From positions 192,001 through 256,000 of the forward strand of contig CAVTHO010000008.1 in the NCBI GenBank assembly GCA_963734545.1: a DNA stretch of 64,000 nt. Direction: 5' to 3'. The notes below the pieces were generated by a model, which saw nothing but the letters and a program-made list of their open reading frames with translations, was not told where the DNA came from and made no database searches. The translations under genes were made by a program, and so were the position numbers. The DNA comes from an uncultured Spirochaetota bacterium. GTDB taxonomy: Bacteria; Spirochaetota; Spirochaetia; SZUA-6; Fen-1364. Below are positions 41,768 to 52,377 of the stretch, one piece after another; position 1 is the first letter of the stretch, and each line of letters starts with the position of its first letter.

Positions 41768-44160
41768 CTAGCGGAACGAATGCTCGGTGCGGGCGATGAT
41801 GTCGTCCTGCTGGTCCGGGGCGAGGTCGTTGAAGTAGGCGGAGTAGCCGGCGACCCGAACGACGAGATCGCGGTGCCGCTCGGGGTGCTTCTTCGCGTCG
41901 AGGAGCGTCTCGCGGGACACCAGGTTGTACTGGATGTGCCAGCCCTTCATGTCGTCGAAGAAGGTCCGCAGCATCGCCTCCGAGGCGTGCCCGGTCTTCG
42001 ACCGTGCGGAGCGATCCGGGGGTCAGTTTCTGGTTGAGGAGGACCCCGCCGAAGATCTCACGGGCGGGCAGCTTGCCCACCGACGAGAGGACGGCCGTCG
42101 GTCCGAGGAGGTCGGTGCCCGATGACGGGGAGGAACCCTCCGCGAGCGGCGTGCCGGCCTTGCGCCCGTCAGGCGTCGCCTTGACGGCCGCTCCCGAGGG
42201 GACGTTCGACGAGATGCTCGAGGTGCCGGGGTAGTAGCCTCCCCCGATCGGCCCGCGCCCGAAGCGCGTGTTGCGGTACCGCTTGATCTCATCCATGTAG
42301 GCGCGGTAGGCCTCGACCGTGATCGAGTCGACGTAGTCGTCGTCGTTCCCGTACTTGGGCGCCTTGTTGAGGAGCTTGAGACGGAGGGTCTCCCCGTCCT
42401 TCCCCGCGAAGTCGGTCTCGAGGGCGGCGAGGAGCTCCTCCTTCGTCACCGACTTCTCCTCGTAGACAAGCCGCTTGATCGCGGCGAGGGCGTTGCCCAT
42501 GTTGGCGATACCGACCTGGAGGCCGGAGATCCAGTCATAGACGGCGCCGCCCTCCTTCACGGTCTTGCCGCGCCCGATGCAGTCGTCGGTGAAGACCGAG
42601 CAGAGGATGTCGGGCACCTCGGTCTCGAGAGCCGTGTCGACCGCGGTGTCCACCTCGACGCTCGCCCGCGTGTAGAAGGCGACCTGACGGCGCCACGCGT
42701 CCATGAGCGCGTCGAAGGTGGCGAAATCCGCGAGCGTGCCCGTGCCGGGGAAGAACGCCTTTCCCGAGGTCGCGTCGACGCCGTCGTTCAACGTCGCCAG
42801 CAGGATCCGGGGCATGTTGAGGAAGCTCATGCCCGTCGCGCGGTAGCCCCACTTCCCGGGCACCGCCACCTCGATGCAGCCGATGGCCGAGTAGTCGCGG
42901 GCGTCCTCGAGGCTCACGCCGCGCTCGAGCATCCCCGGCACCACCACCTCGTCGTTGTTGAACGCCGGCATGCCGAAGCCCCGGTCGATCACGCGCGCGC
43001 AGGCGTCGAGGAACTCCCGCGTCATGCCGCTGTGGTAGCGCACCGAGAGATTGGGCTGGGTGAGCCGGAGCTCGCCCACCGTTTCGAGGATGAGGGAGGA
43101 GAGCCGGTTGGTGGCGTCCTTCCCGTCCCGGTCCACGCCGCCGATGGTGACGTTCTGGTAGAGGGGACCGCCCGCGGAGTAGCGCGTGTGGGACCAGGAG
43201 CGGATCTTCTTGATCGCGAGAAGCTTGAGCCAGGTCGCCTCGAGCAGCTCGGCCGCCTCCTCGCGCGAGATGCGCCGCGAGTCGAGGTCGCGGTCGTACC
43301 AGGGTCCGAGGAACTGGTCCATGCGGCCGAAGGACAGGGAATGGCCGTTCGACTCGATCTGGAGGACGAGCTGGACGAAGTAGGCGAGCTGGAGGGCTTC
43401 GCGGAAGCTGTCGGGTGCCCCTTCCGCAATGGCCTCGCAGGTCGTCGCGATTGTCGCGAGCTCCGCCGCGCGGGACTTCGAAGGCGCCCGGGAGGCCTCG
43501 TCGCTCGCCAGGACGGCGAACCGACGGATGTATGCCGAGAAGCCCTCGAGCGCGTCGATCATCGCGAGGTGCAGCTGCCGGCGCCTCAAGCCTTCCCAGG
43601 TGGAGACGTCGTCGGCTTCGAGCTCGCGAGCGACCAGCGCCTTGTATCCTCCGAGCCCGAGCTCGAGGATCCTGCGCGTGTTCGGGGCGATGTGACCGTC
43701 GCCCGATGTCATGTTGCCCTCGGCGCGCACCATGCCCGAGTCGTGGATGGCCTTGAGCTCGGGGCTGAGGAGTGCTTCGGCCCTGTCGTGGAGGGTCTTG
43801 CCCTTCCAGTATTTCACGAGCTCCAGGAGCTCGGCCTTGTCCCCGGGAGAGATTTCATACGACTCCGCGGGCCGGTTCCCGATCCCCTCGATCTCCCGCT
43901 CGATCCACGCGACCGCGTACTCGGGAAAGATCGGGGCCGCTCGGTTCCGGGAGGCGAGGTTTCCCACGACGAGCTCATCCTTGCCGATCCAGATGGTCAT
44001 CTCCTCGAGGGTGCGCCGGAGGGCCTGCGCGCGGCGCCTCGACCACGGGGAGGTTCTCGTTTTCCTTGTAGAGGCGGGTGTAGATGCGGGCGCGTTCGAT
44101 GCAGATCGAGGGCCTGGTCGAAAGGATCTCGTCCTTGATCCGGGCTATGCGTTCGGTCAT
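41768..44160 (-). CDS. ybiW: Glycyl radical enzyme, YbiW (PflF)-like (frameshifts near 44040 and 41980)
   Basis: [31 protein letters not shown], Cys loop [16 protein letters not shown], Gly loop [12 protein letters not shown]. Confidence 0.85.
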
Positions 44161-44162
44161 GG

Positions 44163-45078
44163 TCAGCCTCCAGTCGACGTCGCGAAGCCGAGGGCGGCGG
44201 CCTTCGCCTCCCAGCGTGCGACGTCGCGCCGTTCGACGGCATGGCCCTCCTTCCAGGGGCATTCGCGATCGAGCATCGCGTACTTCCCGAGGGCCAGCTC
44301 GTGGTAGGGCAGGAAGTCGATGCGCCGCGTCACGCCCTTCGGGTTGGGAAGGACGGCCGCGAAGGCGAGCATCGCCTCGATCGAGGCGTCGTCCGCGTTG
44401 AAGCCCGGCACGAGCGGGACCCGAAGCTCGAGGTCGGCTCCCGAGGCCGCGAGAGTCATCATGTTCGCGGTGACCTGGGCGAGATTCCCGCCGGTGCCTT
44501 CCTTGAACCGGTCCGCGTCCACCTGCTTGAGGTCGGCGAGCCAGAGGATCGGAAGGCCGAGGAGGGGCTCGAGTGCGCGAGGGGCCACGGCGAGGCAGGT
44601 CTCGATCGCCACGCTGACGCCGCGCCCTGTGAGGATTTCCGCGAGCTCGCGCTGCAAAGGCGTGGTAGGCGAGCGGTTCTCCGCCCGAGAAAGTGACTCC
44701 GCCGCCCGACTTCGCGAAAAAGGGAGCGTCTTTCATCACGTCGCGAGCGACTTCTTCCGCCGTCATTTCTTGTCCGGCGATGCGGATGGCGAGCGAGGGG
44801 CACACCTTCGCCAGGCCTGGGGCCGCTTTCGCAGCGCGGTTGGCCTGCACGCTCCCGTCCTCGCGCTGCGCCATTGCTCCTCCGAAGGCAGGGTCGAGAC
44901 AGGCGTGGCAGCCGACACAGCGATGCTCATTGTAGAGGATTTCCGGCTCGAAGGACTGGCCTTCAGGGTTGGAGCACCAGGCACAGCGCAAAGTGCAGCC
45001 CTTGAAAAAGACCACCGTGCGTATGCCGGGTCCGTCATGAGTCGAGAAGCGCTGTATGTCGAAGATTGCAGCCACCAA
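44163..45078 (-). CDS. ybiY: Glycyl-radical activating enzyme, radical SAM (frameshift near 44660)
   Basis: IQRFSTHDGPGIRTVVFFKGCTLRCAWCSNPE, GGVTFSGGEP, RVPLVPGFN, LPYH. Confidence 0.88.
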
Positions 45079-45356
45079 AGAACTCTATCAGGTTATTTTC
45101 ATTTGGTCAATATTTGATTCCGTTCGTAAGTATCGAGAAATGGAACCCTAGTCAAATTTCTAGAGGCTATGGTAGACAGACAGCCTCCTCCTCCTGCAGA
45201 AGATGGAAAAAAACGTTGACGGAAGTGAACTGCCGTTTCTATATTCCCGCATTGTGAGCCCGTACATTCTGAACGCCATCGCAACGACGGTCTTCGTCAA
45301 GAACCCGGGTATAAAGATCCAGCTGAAAGTGAGTTCCAGAATCGATTGGAATTTTG

Positions 45357-45421
45357 TTGACATATGAATTGGTTTAGATATAATCGTGTCGGTTACGGAT
45401 GAAACATTTTTATGTTTCATC
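45357..45421 (+). promoter_or_regulatory. Consensus sigma70 promoter with perfect palindromic operator
   Basis: TTGACA 45357, 16 bp, TATAAT 45379; GATGAAACAT-TTTT-ATGTTTCATC at 45398-45421. Confidence 0.75.
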
Positions 45422-45447
45422 TAATACGTTCCTGAAGGAGGTAGTGA

Positions 45448-46387
45448 ATGAAAAGAGTTTTGGTAATCGGACTCATCCTGCTGGTCGCGATCGCCTTCGG
45501 CGTTGGTGCCCAGGCCAAGCTGGTGAAGGCCGCGTTTGTCATCTCGAACGCCGCCAACGAATCCCAGGCCTTCTCGTCGAAGCAGTTCCTGAAGTTCGGG
45601 GCGCAGTACGGCTTCGACATGTACACCTTCGACGCGAAGGGCGACACCCAGGCCGAGTCGCAGATCGTCACGAACTGCATCGCGCAGAAGTTCAAGGTCA
45701 TTTTCCTGAACCCGAACGACATCAGCGCCATCGTCCCGAGCATCATCAAGGCAAAGGCAGCGGGCCTGATCGTCGGCATGTTCTCCTCGGACCTCGCGCC
45801 GGAGAACCAGAAGTACCGTGACTTCTATGCAGGGGTCAACGATACGATGGCCGGCCAGCAGGCTGCGACGTCATTCAAAAAGGCCTTCCCGAACGGCGCC
45901 AAGATCGTCGAGATCGGCGGCCAGGCGGGCCACGACGCCCAGATCAAGCGGCACGATGGATTCAACGGCGCCCAGGGGATCATGGGTTCGAAGATCCAGG
46001 TCCTCGACTACAAGGCCTGCCAGCAGTGGGCAACCGACCAGGCGCAGACCATCATGGAAGACGACATCGTGAAGTTCGGGACCGACATCCAGGGCGTCTT
46101 CGTCCACTGGGACAACGGCGCAACGGGCGTCATCCAGGCGGCAAAGGCCGCGGGCATCAAGGGCCTGTTTATCGTCGGCGTCGACGGCAACCGCGCCGGC
46201 TACTACCAGGTCCAGAGCGGCGACCAGGCTGTCAGCATCGCCCAGGACTTCGTGCTCATGACCAAGACGGACCTCGGGCTCGCCCGGGACGTCCTCGCCG
46301 GGCAAGAAGGTTCAGCCGATCAACTTCGTGCCGCTCTTCGCCGTCGACAAGAACTCGATCGCGAGCTTCGATCCGCCCGAGTGGTAG
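45448..46387 (+). CDS. Sugar ABC substrate-binding protein, CUT2 (frameshift near 46300)
   Basis: RBS AGGAGG, signal peptide, AQIKRHDGF, HWDNGA, VGVDG; shifted frame ends FDPPEW-stop. Confidence 0.88.
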
Positions 46388-46409
46388 AGATCGGCATAGT
46401 CTGAAAGGG

Positions 46410-46480
46410 CTCGTTCCACCCTCTGGCGGGACGAGCCTTGTTCTTCTCGTTCCGCCTCTGGCGGAACGAGCCTTGTTCTT
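46410..46480 (+). repeat. Tandem duplication of a ~35-bp hairpin
   Basis: CTCGTTCCACCCTCTGGCGGGACGAGCCTTGTTCTT followed directly by CTCGTTCCGCCTCTGGCGGAACGAGCCTTGTTCTT. Confidence 0.8.
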
Positions 46481-46505
46481 ATAACCTTCACGCAAGGATG
46501 GGGCC

Positions 46506-48005
46506 ATGGCAGCAGGCGGCTCTGAGATCATCCTGTCCATCAGGGACGTGAGCAAGTCATTCCCCGGAGTCAAGGCCCTCGACAGGGTCTCGATCGACGT
46601 CCGTCGCGGCACGGTGCACGGCATCGTCGGCGAGAACGGCGCGGGCAAGTCGACCTTGATGAAGATCCTGTCCGGTGTCTACCAGAAGGACAGCGGCACG
46701 ATCGAGTTCGACGGCGCGCGTGTCGAGCACACCACCCCGCACCAGTCGATGCAGAGCGGGCTGGCGATCATCTACCAGGAGCTCAACCTCGTCAACACGA
46801 TGAGCGTCGGGGAGAACGTCTTCCTCGGCCGATTCAAGGAAATGAAGGGCATGCGGGGCACCCACGCAAAGGCGCGGGAGCTCCTGGACAGCATCGGCTG
46901 CAAAGTGCCCACGACCCGCCTGGTTTCCGAGCTCTCCGTGTCGGAGAAGCAGATGGTGGAGATCGTCAAGGCGCTGTCCTTCCAGTCGAAGCTCATCATC
47001 ATGGACGAGCCGAGCTCGAGCCTCACGGCAGAGGAGATGGCCGAGCTGGTCGAGATCATCCATCATCTCCGGGAGAAGGGGATCTCGATCATCTACATCA
47101 GCCACAAGCTCGACGAGATCTTCCAGTTCTGCGACATCGTGAGCGTGATGCGGGACGGCCGTGTCGTCGACACCAAGGCCGTGGCTGAGTTCACGCGGAA
47201 CGAGCTGGTCTCGATGATGGTCGGCCGCACGATCGAGAACGAATACCCCCCGCGCCCCCACAGCGTGGGCGCGGTCGTCATGGAAGTCCGTTCGATCCGC
47301 ACCCACAAGCTCCACGACATCTCCTTCACGCTTCACAAGGGCGAGATCCTGGGCCTTGTCGGCCTTGTCGGCGCGGGCCGCACCGAGATCGTCCGGGCCA
47401 TCTACGGCGCTGACAAGGCACGCGGACACGAGGTCCTCCTGGGCGGCAAGCCCGCGGCAATTCGCAATCCCCGTCATGCCAAGGACTTCGGCATCGGGCT
47501 GATCCCGGAAGACCGCAAGCTCCAGGGCCTCGTCCTGCCCTTTTCCGTTGAATCGAATATTTCCATGGGGAGCATACGGAAGTTCAGCCGGCTCGGCTTC
47601 ATCCGGAGGTCCATCGAGAAGGGCATCGGGGCGCGACAGGTCCAGGCCCTCTCGATCAAGACGCCCTCGACCCGGGTCGCCGTGAACAACCTTTCGGGCG
47701 GCAACCAGCAGAAAGTCATCGTCGGGCGGTGGCTCGAGATCTCGCCGCAGATCTTCATCATGGACGAGCCGACGCGGGGCATCGACGTCGGCGCCAAGTA
47801 CGAGATCTACCTCCTCATGAAAAGGATCGTCGAGGCGGGCGGGTCGATCATCCTCATCTCCTCCGAGCTTCCCGAGGTGCTCAACATGAGCAACCGGGTG
47901 CTGACGATCTTCGAGGGACGAACCACCGGGGAGTTCTATCCGGAGAAGACCCCGGTGGACGAGATCATGAAGGCCGCGCTCGGCCTCGAGGGAGGCGCCG
48001 CATAG
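46506..48005 (+). CDS. Sugar ABC ATP-binding protein
   Basis: GENGAGKST, DEPSS, LSGGNQQK, DEPTRGIDVGAK. Confidence 0.92.
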   Translation: MAAGGSEIILSIRDVSKSFPGVKALDRVSIDVRRGTVHGIVGENGAGKSTLMKILSGVYQKDSGTIEFDGARVEHTTPHQSMQSGLAIIYQELNLVNTMSVGENVFLGRFKEMKGMRGTHAKARELLDSIGCKVPTTRLVSELSVSEKQMVEIVKALSFQSKLIIMDEPSSSLTAEEMAELVEIIHHLREKGISIIYISHKLDEIFQFCDIVSVMRDGRVVDTKAVAEFTRNELVSMMVGRTIENEYPPRPHSVGAVVMEVRSIRTHKLHDISFTLHKGEILGLVGLVGAGRTEIVRAIYGADKARGHEVLLGGKPAAIRNPRHAKDFGIGLIPEDRKLQGLVLPFSVESNISMGSIRKFSRLGFIRRSIEKGIGARQVQALSIKTPSTRVAVNNLSGGNQQKVIVGRWLEISPQIFIMDEPTRGIDVGAKYEIYLLMKRIVEAGGSIILISSELPEVLNMSNRVLTIFEGRTTGEFYPEKTPVDEIMKAALGLEGGAA

Positions 48006-48007
48006 CC

Positions 48008-49002
48008 ATGGGAGAAGTCGCAGTGCGCATGGGAGAGAAATCCGGTGGCGAGGGCGGTCCAGGTCCTCTTCCGGGACTACCTCGTCCTTGTGATGATCAC
48101 GGCGCTGGTCGTCCATCACGGCAATCGTGGAACCCAAGTTCCTCACGCCGCGGAACCTGATCAACATCATGCGCCAGTTCGGGCCCCTGATCATGGTCAG
48201 CCTGGGCATGACCTTCGTCATCATCGGAGGTTTCATCGACCTCTCGGTGGCCGGCATCATCAACCTCGTCGCCGTTGTCACCATCTCCCTGATCGGACCC
48301 CTGGGGCAGGTGCCGGCCCTCCTTGCGGGACTGGCCATTGGAGCGGCGTGCGGGGCGCTCAACGCCGCCGCGATCCTGACCTCGGGAGCCCTGACGCAGG
48401 CCGAGGCGCTGTTCCTCACGTTCGGCATGAGCACCGTGTTCTCGGCCTTTGCGCTGCTGTACAGCGGCGGCATGACGATGCATTTCTGGGACATCAAGAC
48501 GAGCAAGGCGATGTTCGAGACGATCGGCGCGGGAACCGTCGGCCCCTTTTCCGTCTCCTTCGTCATCTTCCTCGTCGTGCTCCTGCTGCTGTGGATCTTC
48601 CAGACCAAGACGACGGAAGGAAGGGCCATCAGCCTCACCGGCGGCAACAAGACGGCCGCCCGCCTGAGCGGCATCCGTATATTGCGAAGCATCGCCGTCA
48701 TCTACGTGATCTGCGGCCTGATGACCGGGCTGGGGGCCATCGTCCTCTTTTCCCGGATCACGACGGCCGCCCCCGTCATCGGCCTGGGCTACGAGACAAA
48801 CGCCATCCTCGCGGTCGTGGTCGGCGGCACGACGCTGAAGGGCGGCAAGGGAAGCGTCCTCCGGACGGTGATGGGCGTCCTCCTTGTCATCCTCATGTCC
48901 AATTGCCTGAACCTCCTCGGTGTCTCGACCTACCTGCAGGTGGCCGTGAAGGGCGCGATCCTGGTCCTCGCGATCTGGCTCGACAACCGCAAGCAGGTGT
49001 AG
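48008..49002 (+). CDS. Sugar ABC permease (frameshifted near 5' end)
   Basis: IGGFIDLSV, GGNKTAARLSGI, YETNAILAVVVGGTTLKGGKGS. Confidence 0.88.
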
Positions 49003-49013
49003 GAGGAGGGACG

Positions 49014-49977
49014 ATGACAGGCAACGGCATCGGAAGAAGGCTTTACTCGATCGTGATGAGGCAGAAGGCATTCGTCGCCATCATCGTGATGATGGGCGTG
49101 ATGCTCTTCTCCGGCACGCAGTTCTACACCGCGTACAACCTCCTCGACATGCTCAACTCGACCTCGATCCTCCTCATTCTCTCCTTCGGGGTCACGTTGA
49201 CGATCATCGCGGGCGGCTGCGACCTTTCCATCGGCGGAATCCTCGTCGTATCGGGCATCCTCTCGATCAAGCTGCAGGAGTACATGCCCATGGAGTTCGC
49301 CATCGCGCTCGCCGTCGTCTTCGGCATCGTGGTCGGCTTCGTGAACGGGTTCCTCTCCGTCCACCAGAAGACGGAGCCCTTCATCATCACGCTGGGCATG
49401 GGCCTCCTGCTCACCGGCGTCGCCCAGCAGCTCACCGACGCCCATCCGGTGCCGGCCAAGAATCCCGCCTTCATGATGATCGGCAACGGGGACTTCCACG
49501 GGGTGCCGAACCTCGTGATCATCATGGCGGTCTGCTTCGCCCTGGCGCTACTGGCTCATGCGCTACACCCAGTTCGGCCGCAACCTGTACGCCATCGGCG
49601 GCGACTACGAGGTGGCGCGCTACTCGGGCATCCCGGTCATCCGGACGAAGTGGATCGCATTCGTGATCAGCGGCGGCTGCGCCGCCCTGGCCGGAATGCT
49701 TCTCTCCTCCAAGCTGAACACCGGCTCGTCGATCTACGGCGACCTGACCGCCCTCGTGGTGAACTGCGGCGTCGTCGTCGGGGGAACCTCGTTCGCCGGC
49801 GGCATCGGCGGAATCCCGCAGTCGGGCCTCGGCCTCCTGGTGTTCGGCATGCTCGACAACGTGATGAACATGCTCGCGATCAAGTCCTACTACCAGGTAT
49901 TGTTGAAGGGCGCTGTCATCGTGGCGATCATCTGGCTCGATTGCTACGCCCAGAAGCGGAGACGCGAGTTCATCTAA
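49014..49977 (+). CDS. Sugar ABC permease (frameshift near 49545)
   Basis: IAGGCDLSIG, EPFIITLG, FGRNLYAIGG, VGGTSFAGG. Confidence 0.88.
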
Positions 49978-49998
49978 GGGCCGAACGGAGCTTTTCGA

Positions 49999-52377
49999 GT
50001 GGATACCAAAGGATGTGACAGGATAAGGGCGCTCCCCAGCACGCCGCGGATCGCGGTGCTCAAACAGCGCATGCTTGCGGCGCCGCGTTACCTGTCGATC
50101 GAACAGGCCGCGATCGTCACCGAATACTACAAGGCCAATCCGGACAAGCCGCGCGCCACCCAGCGCGCCGAGTCCCTCGCAGAAACCCTCCGCAGAATCG
50201 AGATCCGGATCGACCCGCTGGAGCTGATCGTCGGCAACCGGACCTCCGGCGTCCGCGCGGGCGTCGTCTCACCCGAGGCGGGAATCTCCTGGCTGGACGA
50301 CGAGATCGAGCGGCTGCCGGTGCGCCCGCAGGACAAGTTCGAGGTCCGACCGGAGGATATCGCGACATTCCGGCGCGATATCCTGCCTTTCTGGAAGGGA
50401 AAGTCGCTCGAGGACAAGGTCAAGGAAGCCCTCGGCGACGAGATTGCGGCGATCGGCAAGGTCGCGAAAATCAACCAGACCGACCACGCGCAGGGCCATA
50501 TCTGCCCCGACACGAAAGGTTGGCTCGCGAAAGGGCCGCGCTCCATAAGGGACGATGCTTTGGCCCGGGCCGCGACGGCCGCGCTGGAAAAGCGTGACTT
50601 CTATCGCGGGATGGCCATCGCCCTTGACGGTGCCATCGACTTCATGCGGCGCTACGCCGCCCTGGCCCGTACCATGGCGGCCGACCGCGCACACGGGGAG
50701 CACCGGGCCAACATAGAGGAGATCGCTCGCGTCTGCGACAAGCTGTCGCACGAGCCTCCCTCGACCTTCCGCGAGGCGGTGCAGGCGCTCTGGTTCCTCT
50801 TCGTGCTGCTGCAGGCCGAGTCGAACGCCTCGTCGTTCTCCCCCGGCCGGGCCGACCAGTATCTTTTCCCCTACTACCAGCGGGACATCGAAGCCGGGAC
50901 GCTGGACGACGCGGGAGCGCTGGAGATCATCGAGGCCCTCTGGCTCAAGTTCAACCAGATCGTCTACCTGCGAAGCTCGAGCAGCGCCAAGTACTTCGCG
51001 GGATTCCCCATCGGCTTCAACGTCGCAATCGGCGGCCTGGACGATCGCGGTGAGGACGCCTCCAACGAGCTTTCCTTCCTCTTCCTCCGCGCGCAGGCGC
51101 ATATCGGCCTGCCGCAGCCCAACCTCTCTGCGCGCCTCTCGGAAAAGTCCTCGGAGGAGTTCGTCCGCGAGTGCGCGAGGGTGATCGGACTGGGCTCGGG
51201 CATGCCCCAGGTCTTCAACGACGAGAGCATCGTGCCCGCCCTGATGGCGCGTGGAATCTCCGCCGAGGACGCGAGGAACTACGCCATCGTCGGCTGCGTG
51301 GAGCTCACCACGCACGGCAACGCCCTGGGATGGAGCGACGCGGCCATGTTCAACATGGTCAAGGCGCTCGAGCTGACGCTCAACAACGGCATCTGCCTGC
51401 TCACGGGAAAGAAGATGGGGCTCGACCTCGGCTCCCTGGGCGACTACCGCAGCTACGAGGAGCTGGAGGCGGCCTTCCGCACGCAGATGGATCATTTCAT
51501 CGGGCGCATGATCAGGGCCTGCGACGCGGTCGACCGCCTGCACGCGGAGATCCTGCCCTCGCCCCTGCTCTCTTCGGTCATCGAGGGGTGCGCGGAAAAG
51601 GGCCTCGACGTGACGGCGGGCGGGGCACACTACAACCTGTCTGGAATCCAGGCGATCCAGCCGGCCAACCTCGCCGACTGCCTCGCGGCGATCAGGCAGT
51701 GCGTCTTCGACGAGCGGAGCGTGAGCGCAGAGGAGGCCCTTGCGGCGATGCGCAGCGACTACGCTGGCAAGGAGAGCCTCCGGCAGCGTCTCATCAACAA
51801 GGTCCCGAAATACGGCAACGACGTGGACTGGGTGGACGCCATCGCGGCCAAATGGGTCGACTATTTCGCGGCGCGGATGAGCGAGTATACGAACGCCCGC
51901 GGAGGGCCCTACCACACGGGGCTCTACACGGTGTCCGCGCATGTGCCCATGGGACAGAACGTGGGTGCCTCGCTCGACGGGCGCAGGGCCAGGGACCCTC
52001 TCGCGGATGGGGGCATGTCCGCGATGTACGGTCGTGACCGTCACGGCCCGACGGCCCTCCTCCGCTCGGTATCGAAGGTGAGGTCCCTGAACGGCAGCAA
52101 CGGCACCCTCCTCAACATGAAGTTCCTGCCGGAGTTCTTCACAACCGAGGAAGGCATCGACAAGTTCGCGAGTTTCCTCCGCACCTTTGTCCGGCTCCGG
52201 ATCAACCACGTGCAGTTCAACGTGGTCCGCAGGGAGGACCTGGTGGCCGCGAAGGCCGACCCGGAATCGTGGCGCAGCCTGACTGTCCGCGTGGCCGGCT
52301 ACACGGCCTACTTCTCGGAGCTGGCCAACGACCTGCAGGACGAGATCATCGCGCGGACGAGCTACGGCGACCTCTGA
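49999..52377 (+). CDS. pflD: Glycyl radical enzyme, PflD-like
   Basis: INQTDHAQGH, ESNASSFS, LRSSSSAKYFAGFP, Cys loop IVGCVEL, YTVSAHVP, Gly loop VRVAGYTAYF. Confidence 0.85.
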   Translation: MDTKGCDRIRALPSTPRIAVLKQRMLAAPRYLSIEQAAIVTEYYKANPDKPRATQRAESLAETLRRIEIRIDPLELIVGNRTSGVRAGVVSPEAGISWLDDEIERLPVRPQDKFEVRPEDIATFRRDILPFWKGKSLEDKVKEALGDEIAAIGKVAKINQTDHAQGHICPDTKGWLAKGPRSIRDDALARAATAALEKRDFYRGMAIALDGAIDFMRRYAALARTMAADRAHGEHRANIEEIARVCDKLSHEPPSTFREAVQALWFLFVLLQAESNASSFSPGRADQYLFPYYQRDIEAGTLDDAGALEIIEALWLKFNQIVYLRSSSSAKYFAGFPIGFNVAIGGLDDRGEDASNELSFLFLRAQAHIGLPQPNLSARLSEKSSEEFVRECARVIGLGSGMPQVFNDESIVPALMARGISAEDARNYAIVGCVELTTHGNALGWSDAAMFNMVKALELTLNNGICLLTGKKMGLDLGSLGDYRSYEELEAAFRTQMDHFIGRMIRACDAVDRLHAEILPSPLLSSVIEGCAEKGLDVTAGGAHYNLSGIQAIQPANLADCLAAIRQCVFDERSVSAEEALAAMRSDYAGKESLRQRLINKVPKYGNDVDWVDAIAAKWVDYFAARMSEYTNARGGPYHTGLYTVSAHVPMGQNVGASLDGRRARDPLADGGMSAMYGRDRHGPTALLRSVSKVRSLNGSNGTLLNMKFLPEFFTTEEGIDKFASFLRTFVRLRINHVQFNVVRREDLVAAKADPESWRSLTVRVAGYTAYFSELANDLQDEIIARTSYGDL

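Noticed and set aside
46410-46480. CRISPR-like repeat
   Set aside because: Only two abutting copies, no spacer, no cas genes.
41768-52377. Pyruvate formate-lyase or microcompartment-associated GRE
   Set aside because: Single-Cys GCxE loops rather than the PFL Cys-Cys pair, and no shell-protein genes.
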